From assembly GCA_964568625.1 (NCBI GenBank), contig CAZMQG010000001.1, forward strand, positions 83,393 through 147,392: a stretch of DNA of 64,000 nucleotides. Reading direction: 5' to 3'. This stretch comes from an uncultured Pseudomonadota bacterium (lineage in GTDB: Bacteria; Babelota; Babeliae; Babelales; RVW-14). Under the pieces are notes generated by a model. The model was not told where the DNA came from, did not search any database, and was given only the letters and a program-made list of their open reading frames with translations. Below, in pieces: positions 58,033 to 64,000 of this stretch. The position numbers were made by a program, and so were the translations under genes. Positions within the stretch are counted from its first letter, which is position 1, and every line of letters begins with the position of its first letter.

Positions 58033-59877
58033 TTATACGTGAACAACAGTCACAACTCCATGCAGCTTATTCCGTGGCAATTCATGGAATTGCACAAATG
58101 ATGGAGATAAGCGCTTGATAATTGAAAATATGCGTAAAAAAATATTTTTTGTAACAATCTCATCAAGCCCGTAAAATATTACTTTCGCATTAATGCCTGC
58201 ATTTTTTAGCACATTTTCAACGTTAAGTACTTCCATGTAACCGCAATGAATCTCAAATATACGCAACCCTGGAGCTATTTCACCTTTAAAAAATCCAATA
58301 ATTCCATATGGATCTTCTCTCTGAATTACTGAAACAAGAATATTATCTTCGTAAATTATACCATTTTCAAACATCGCCTGATGTACATATGGTGAAATTG
58401 CCTGCGTATCCCTAACAAAAAACAAAGCTGTTCCGCTAAGCCTTCCCGCAGATGAATAGGCCTGAGAAAATGTATTGATAAAATCTTCTAACGATACGGG
58501 CTGCAATGCATTGCGCACCTTTGCCTGCCCCAAAACATAAATCAATATCATTGAAAATGGAAACATTCCTATTATAACCGACCAGTAAGCACCCTGTGGA
58601 ATCTTGAACAGCGTTGATGCAAAAAAAGTAACATTAATTCCAACAAGAAATCCTGCTAAAATTTGTTTGAATTTATTTTTACGTAACAAAAAAATACTTG
58701 TCATCATAATTCCGGTTATCACCATCGTTCCGCTTGCCGCAAAACCATATGCCGCCGCTAAATTCAAAGATTCTTTAAAGTTAATAATCATAAACAGCAC
58801 AGCACAAAGCAACGTCCAATTTATAAAACCAATATAAACCTGTGAATGCATTCTGCTTGATGTATACCCTATCTTAAACATCGGCATAATTTGAGTTGTA
58901 ATACCCTGATATACAACCGAAAAAACTCCACTAATCATAGCCTGTGAGGCAATAACGGTAGCCATCAAACTTAAAATTAAAAACGGCACATATAACCAAT
59001 TCACCTGCCCAAGGAACATTTCATATATAATGATTTTTGAATTTGGATTTTGAATTAAATAAGCCCCCTGCCCCAAGTAAGTAAAAATTAGCGAAATAAA
59101 AACAAAACCCCAAGCCTGCTGTATAGGCTTACGACCCAAATGTCCCATATCCGCATACAATGCCTCAACACCGGTAGCACAAAGTATAACGCCAGATAAG
59201 ATAAAAAATCCCCACCATCCTGAATTAACAACAAACTTGATTCCATAATATGGATTCAGTGCATTCAAAATAAATGGATACTGAATAATCGAAAAAAAAC
59301 CTGACGCTGCCATAGCCAAAAACCAAAGAACCATAACAGGCCCAAATGCTTTGGAAACCGCTTCTACTCCTTTGCGCTGAAACAAAAACAGCCCAAAAGT
59401 TATTAAACATGCAGTCAGTACAAGCGTTGCTGATCCTAAATACTCAAGCCCTGGAATATAACGAAGCCCCTCAACTGCACTCAAGATGCTTATTGCAGGG
59501 GTTATTACACCGTCTCCAATAAACAGCGATATTCCTATGAATGAAAGAAATGTGATGTAAGTAATTTTAGATTTCGATTTTAATAGCGACTTTAATATCT
59601 CACGCAAAACAATCGTTCCCCCCTCGCCTTTTTTACTCAAACTCATTGCAAGCCATGAATACTCAACACAAACAAGCAGCCCCAATGTCCAAATTATCAG
59701 CGAAACAACACCAATTACATTTTCTACAGACGGTTTAATTAAATAAAAAATTGCAGGAAGAGTGTAAATTGGGCTTGTTCCAATATCTCCAAAAACAATG
59801 CCCAGCGCCTTTATTATATCCTTTACCTGTTTTGGAGCAGAACTTGGCCTAGTAATTGGCAAGTGAGAATCCGTCAT
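58033..59877 (-). CDS. kup: KUP/HAK/KT potassium transporter
   Basis: ALGIVFGDIGTSPIY, GEGGT, GDGVITPAISILSAVEG, GVEALYADMGHLG, AAAYG. Confidence 0.95.
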   Translation of the reverse strand: MTDSHLPITRPSSAPKQVKDIIKALGIVFGDIGTSPIYTLPAIFYLIKPSVENVIGVVSLIIWTLGLLVCVEYSWLAMSLSKKGEGGTIVLREILKSLLKSKSKITYITFLSFIGISLFIGDGVITPAISILSAVEGLRYIPGLEYLGSATLVLTACLITFGLFLFQRKGVEAVSKAFGPVMVLWFLAMAASGFFSIIQYPFILNALNPYYGIKFVVNSGWWGFFILSGVILCATGVEALYADMGHLGRKPIQQAWGFVFISLIFTYLGQGAYLIQNPNSKIIIYEMFLGQVNWLYVPFLILSLMATVIASQAMISGVFSVVYQGITTQIMPMFKIGYTSSRMHSQVYIGFINWTLLCAVLFMIINFKESLNLAAAYGFAASGTMVITGIMMTSIFLLRKNKFKQILAGFLVGINVTFFASTLFKIPQGAYWSVIIGMFPFSMILIYVLGQAKVRNALQPVSLEDFINTFSQAYSSAGRLSGTALFFVRDTQAISPYVHQAMFENGIIYEDNILVSVIQREDPYGIIGFFKGEIAPGLRIFEIHCGYMEVLNVENVLKNAGINAKVIFYGLDEIVTKNIFLRIFSIIKRLSPSFVQFHELPRNKLHGVVTVVHV

Positions 59878-60134
59878 AAAAGCCTCTCTATTTTTTATTT
59901 TTATTCCATCTTTTTAGAACTTTTTATTATTTTAAATTTTTTGCTATCTATGAGTTTTACTAAAATGTAACCAAAAAAACAAGTTAACATTGATTTCATG
60001 ACATTCAAGCATTTTTAATCAATCCAAAACCAAAATAATTTGGTTATTAACTTTTCAAATTTAGTAATTATACTAAGCCTCACAAATTAATAGAATTTCC
60101 CAAAAACAGTACTTTAAAAACATGAAGGATCACT

Positions 60135-60698
60135 ATGAAAAATACGTTAAAAATAGCATTTTTTGCAGCAGCAATATCCACAATGCCACATATTTCCCGA
60201 GGCTCAACAGTTACCATCAATAATACAGCGCCTCTTAAAATTGAGGCAAGCCTAGATTTAATGGCATATCCTGACACAAAAAAAACGATTAGTGAAAATT
60301 CAAACCTAAAAGAAGATATCGGAAAAGTATTCTTACGGGGCATATCAATTGGAGTTCATATTGGAAACAATTTCTTAGAAAATGCTTTAAGTGAAAACCT
60401 CTCTCAATCTCTTGGATTAGGTGATATAGAGTATTATGTATTCAGTGAATTAAAAAATGACGGCAGAAAAAACAGCACCGGAGAGTTTATTGTTGAAATC
60501 AAGCTTTATTTACTAAGACTTCCAAGATTCATATATTCAGGTGGCTGTGTGGCAAAAAGTGAAACTTTAAAAGTCGCAACAAAAGACTTTGAAACATTTA
60601 GACTAATTAAAGAAGAAAAAGAGCAATATGACAATACGCAGGCAAATAGCATGATTGTACACAGCTCACTTGGTTATTCATCAACTAATAATAGATAA
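60135..60698 (+). CDS. Secreted hypothetical protein
   Basis: AAGGA RBS, signal-like N-terminus; no family recognised. Confidence 0.6.
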   Translation: MKNTLKIAFFAAAISTMPHISRGSTVTINNTAPLKIEASLDLMAYPDTKKTISENSNLKEDIGKVFLRGISIGVHIGNNFLENALSENLSQSLGLGDIEYYVFSELKNDGRKNSTGEFIVEIKLYLLRLPRFIYSGGCVAKSETLKVATKDFETFRLIKEEKEQYDNTQANSMIVHSSLGYSSTNNR

Positions 60699-60725
60699 AA
60701 AATTTCACAAAATGCCTACTTCCTG

Positions 60726-60754
60726 TTGACAACAAGCAACTTCACAGGTAGGCT
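60726..60754 (+). promoter_or_regulatory. Putative sigma70 promoter for tRNA-Phe
   Basis: TTGACA-17 nt-TAGGCT. Confidence 0.55.
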
Positions 60755-60786
60755 ACTGCTTGTAATATTTATGAAAATTATGAAGT

Positions 60787-60862
60787 GCCAGGGTAGCTCA
60801 GGTGGTAGAGCAGAAGACTGAAAATCTTTGTGTCAGCGGTTCAACTCCGCTCCTTGGCACCA
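60787..60862 (+). tRNA. tRNA-Phe(GAA)
   Basis: GCCAGGG/CCTTGGC acceptor, GAAGA-CTGAAAA-TCTTT, encoded CCA; 76 nt. Confidence 0.95.
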
Positions 60863-60900
60863 TCCTGCGCCCTAGTTACGCTCGTGGCTTCGGACGGCAG
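60860..60900 (+). repeat. CCA-initiated element after tRNA-Phe
   Basis: ccatcctgcgc...gtggcttcggacggcagg(cc). Confidence 0.6.
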
Positions 60901-61045
60901 GCCATTTTTTTGTCTAATATTTAAAAATATGCAAAATCCCATACTTCCAAATCAAATCTTGTACAAAAAATGTGATCGTTTAAAATACTGAATAATCCTC
61001 TAATAAGTTTGTTTATGGTTAACGGTTTTTAATTGTGGAAATAAA

Positions 61046-62377
61046 ATGTTTAACTTTCTTTCAGAAAAATTTGCAGGCGTCTTAGGGTGGCTAAAAAACA
61101 AGGGGCGGCTAACCGAAGAAAACATTCAAGAGGCCCTTGACCAAGTTCGCAATGCATTGCTTGATGCAGACGTCCCGCACGATATTATAGATGCATTTTT
61201 AAATCAGATAAAAGATGGCATTGTTGGTCAAAAACTTCAAGCAAGCTTAAATCCGGGACAAATGCTTATAAAAATTGTTCATGAAAAGCTTCTCAGCTTT
61301 TTGGGCGGAACAGGATCAACAAGCCAGGTTAACTTCCAAATCCCATCAATCATTCTGGTCATGGGATTGCAAGGCTCCGGAAAAACAACAACCATTGCAA
61401 AAGTTGCCAACTGGGTAAACAAAGAAGCAGCCAAACGTGGGAAAAAGCGCAGAATCCTGTTGGCATCAGTCGATTTTTATCGTCCGGCAGCCGTTGAACA
61501 GCTAAAAATACTTGCCTCTCAAGTTGGAGTAGATTTTTACGCTGCCACAAACCCTAACCCAGTCAATGCAGCCAAGGAAATTCAAGAATATTTTAAAAAA
61601 CATCAATATGAATTGCTTTTTTTAGATACGGCAGGACGCTTTCATGTTGACGACGAAATGATGCACGAACTAGTTGAAATAAACAAGGCTATATCTCCAA
61701 AGTATAAATTTTTAGTTTTGGATGCAATGACAGGGCAGGAGTCCTTAAAAGTAGCCAAATCATTTAACGATTCCGTCAATTTTGATTTTTCCGTTTTAAG
61801 TAAAATGGACAGCGATGCCCGCGGTGGTGCAGCATTTGCCTTTCGATATGCTCTCAAAAAACCCATTGCCTTTGTTGGTTCAGGCGAAAAAATAGACGAC
61901 CTGGAACCATTTATCCCTGAACGTATGGCGACAAGAATCCTTGGGATGGGCGATATTTTGACATTAATTGAAAAAGCCAGTGAAAATATCGAAATAGACA
62001 GCCAAGAAACTATGGTCAAACGTTTTTCAGAGGGCACATTTTCGTTAAAAGATTTCGCTGAACAGCTGGATATGATTGACAAAATGGGGTCTTTGAATAA
62101 AATTACAAGATACCTTCCTGGAATGAACAGTATTTCCCCGGAGGATATGGAACGTGGACAGTCGGAAATGAAGCGTTTCAAGGCAATTATATCTTCCATG
62201 ACGGAAAAGGAACGCATAATGCCAACCCTACTCGATGGATCCAGAAAGCAGAGAATCGCAAAGGGTTCAGGCGTAAATGTGCAAGATATTAATCAATTGC
62301 TACAAAGATTTGAACAAAGTAAGCAATTTGTTAAAATGTTTAAAAAGATGGGTAAGTTCAGAAAGTTTTTTAATTAA
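61046..62377 (+). CDS. ffh: Signal recognition particle protein
   Basis: GLQGSGKTTT, DFYRPAA, DTAGR, KMDSDARGG, M domain with GSRKQRIAKGSG. Confidence 0.96.
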   Translation: MFNFLSEKFAGVLGWLKNKGRLTEENIQEALDQVRNALLDADVPHDIIDAFLNQIKDGIVGQKLQASLNPGQMLIKIVHEKLLSFLGGTGSTSQVNFQIPSIILVMGLQGSGKTTTIAKVANWVNKEAAKRGKKRRILLASVDFYRPAAVEQLKILASQVGVDFYAATNPNPVNAAKEIQEYFKKHQYELLFLDTAGRFHVDDEMMHELVEINKAISPKYKFLVLDAMTGQESLKVAKSFNDSVNFDFSVLSKMDSDARGGAAFAFRYALKKPIAFVGSGEKIDDLEPFIPERMATRILGMGDILTLIEKASENIEIDSQETMVKRFSEGTFSLKDFAEQLDMIDKMGSLNKITRYLPGMNSISPEDMERGQSEMKRFKAIISSMTEKERIMPTLLDGSRKQRIAKGSGVNVQDINQLLQRFEQSKQFVKMFKKMGKFRKFFN

Positions 62378-62434
62378 AATATCTTACTCTTAATGTTGAT
62401 AGTTGTTAGTTGTTGTTAGAAAGGACATTGATAA

Positions 62435-62695
62435 ATGGCAGTTAAAATTCGTCTAAGCAGAATAGGCAAAACAAACAGACCTTACTGTCGCATTGTTGCT
62501 ATAGACTCACAGAAAAAAAGAGATGGCGCTTCCCTTGAAACTCTAGGTTCTTACGATCCAGTTACACATGAGGTTATACAACTTCACATGGATAAAATAG
62601 AACAATGGATATCAAAGGGTGCTAAATGTAGCGCTGCAGTTGAAAAACTTATTAAAAACAAGAAAACCAGCTCAAGCAAAGCTAAATCCGCTTAA
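62435..62695 (+). CDS. rpsP: 30S ribosomal protein S16
   Basis: MAVKIRLSRIGK...RDG...LGSYDP...WISKGA. Confidence 0.96.
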   Translation: MAVKIRLSRIGKTNRPYCRIVAIDSQKKRDGASLETLGSYDPVTHEVIQLHMDKIEQWISKGAKCSAAVEKLIKNKKTSSSKAKSA

Positions 62696-62772
62696 CACTG
62701 GCAAAACTTTCAGATTTGTTAATTGAGATAGTTCTTACAAACTGTATAGCTTAATATTTGGAGCAGTAAAAC

Positions 62773-63012
62773 ATGAGTATCCTTAAAGAATTAGTTGAAC
62801 AAATCGTAAAAAAATTAGTTGATAAACCAGAGAGTGTCAGCGTAACAGAAGTCAATGGCGAACAATCAACTATTATTGAACTTCGTGTTGCCCCTGAAGA
62901 TTTGGGTAAAGTTATCGGCAAAGAAGGCAGAACAGCAAGATCAATAAGAACACTTGTTCAGGCTACTGCATCAAAAGAACACAAACGTGCAGTTCTTGAG
63001 ATTTTAGAATAA
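62773..63012 (+). CDS. khpA: KH-domain RNA-binding protein KhpA
   Basis: [30 protein letters not shown]; follows rpsP. Confidence 0.92.
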   Translation: MSILKELVEQIVKKLVDKPESVSVTEVNGEQSTIIELRVAPEDLGKVIGKEGRTARSIRTLVQATASKEHKRAVLEILE

Positions 63013-63041
63013 GAAGCCATAATAACTTATAATAAAATTCA

Positions 63042-63077
63042 GTGGCTGGTGAATTTAAACGCCAGCCATTTTTTTTT
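63042..63077 (+). terminator. Terminator-like hairpin between khpA and trmD
   Basis: gtggctggtg-aatttaaa-cgccagccat followed by a T-run. Confidence 0.65.
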
Positions 63078-63095
63078 GGAAGCCATGATTAAATC

Positions 63096-64000
63096 ATGAT
63101 TAAGATATCAATTATTACAGTTTTCCCTGAATTACATGAAAATTTCATTAACACAAGCTTAATTCAACGAGCCATTGAACAAGAAATTATTCAATTCAAT
63201 ATCGTACGTTTTTCAGACATGTGTCAACCTAAAGAACGAATTGACGAACCAACTGTTGGCCATGGCGCCGGAATGATAATTAAGCCTGAAGTTATTCAAA
63301 AGGCAATTGATCAATGCCAAGAAAAATGGGGCCACGGATTTAAAATCTTTTTTTCCCCACAAGGCGAAAGGCTTGATCAACGCAAGCTAAGTAATATTTA
63401 TAAAAAATTAATCTCCCAAAGCATACGTCAACAAACTGATATTTTTCAACAAGACCCCACTGTTGCACCCATTGCTACAACTGCCACCATTACCGCTGAG
63501 CCTGAAGCAACCAAATCAAATCTTCATTTAATACTTATATGTTCTCGCTACGAAGGCATAGATGAACGTGTTGAAAGCTTTTATGCAGACATGACAATAT
63601 CAATCGGCGACTATGTATTAATGGGCGGCGATCTTCCGGCTCAGGTTTTCTTGGAAGGGCTCTTACGCCTTATTCCAAATGTCGTTGGGAAAACAGCTTC
63701 AGTAGAAAATGAATCATTCCAAGGGGCTTTTTTTGATCACCCTGAATATGGACTTCCCGTTGAATGGAATCAAATGAAAATTCCTGATGTCCTACGCTCG
63801 GGTAACCACAAACAAATTGAAACATGGCGTAAAGAACAGGCTGTTAAAAAAACAATTTTAAATAGATTTGATTGGATGCGAGAAAGTCATCCGGACGAAC
63901 AAGATCTTGATCTTTGTAGAAAATTTATTCCAAACCATTACGTCGTAATAATGCACTCACAAGTTATTGTTGGGGATGGACACAAAATTGGCCACACATC
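63096..64000 (+). CDS. trmD: tRNA (guanine37-N1)-methyltransferase, 3'-truncated by the window edge, with a C-terminal extension (absent from the ORF track)
   Basis: Manual translation: MIKISIITVFPE...DEPTVGHGAGMIIKPE...SPQG...LICSRYEGIDER...SIGDYVLMGGDLPA...PDVLRSGNHKQIETWR; frame open to the window end. Confidence 0.93.
   Translation, partial: MIKISIITVFPELHENFINTSLIQRAIEQEIIQFNIVRFSDMCQPKERIDEPTVGHGAGMIIKPEVIQKAIDQCQEKWGHGFKIFFSPQGERLDQRKLSNIYKKLISQSIRQQTDIFQQDPTVAPIATTATITAEPEATKSNLHLILICSRYEGIDERVESFYADMTISIGDYVLMGGDLPAQVFLEGLLRLIPNVVGKTASVENESFQGAFFDHPEYGLPVEWNQMKIPDVLRSGNHKQIETWRKEQAVKKTILNRFDWMRESHPDEQDLDLCRKFIPNHYVVIMHSQVIVGDGHKIGHT

Noticed and set aside
57728-58101. ORFs 57728-57931 and 57838-58101
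   Set aside because: They overlap tRNA-Gly and the kup 3' end; no RBS or family signal.
327-62217. Many 60-190 aa ORFs nested in or antisense to long genes (e.g. 10374-10766, 32847-33305, 41658-42098, 53335-53721, 61642-62217)
   Set aside because: Fully overlapped by well-supported CDSs; typical antisense shadows.

Overview
AT-rich bacterial chromosome segment. Gene style (many Sec-signal hypothetical proteins, eukaryote-like domains, a Lys/Ala histone-like protein, TrmD with a C-terminal extension) suggests a host-associated, protist-infecting lineage such as Candidatus Dependentiae (TM6/Babelota). That placement is inference, not a database result. Housekeeping content: PBP1A, pcrA/uvrD, NtrY-like kinase, pilC/gspF, priA, M16 peptidase, ndk, clpB, mnmE, kup, ffh-rpsP-khpA-trmD and five tRNAs. 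Accessory content: (i) an archaeal-type upper mevalonate cluster (HMGR, HMGS, thiolase, DUF35, MVK) interrupted by two secreted eukaryote-like genes; (ii) a glycan-modification cluster with three GT-C-like membrane proteins, galE, asnB, manC and a flavoprotein; (iii) a signal peptide-Hint-colicin E3-type RNase toxin with a coupled immunity candidate; (iv) a 10.4-kb putative effector island (41.2-51.6 kb) with a 1989-aa secreted PEP-synthase-like dikinase carrying an unrecognised acceptor region and two secreted DUSP23-like phosphatase genes, where three of the four proteins share a 30-aa Leu/Lys heptad tag; (v) short palindromic elements that nest in each other, abut tRNA CCA ends and sit in-frame in priA. 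No CRISPR array, transposase, integrase, phage gene or rRNA was recognised.
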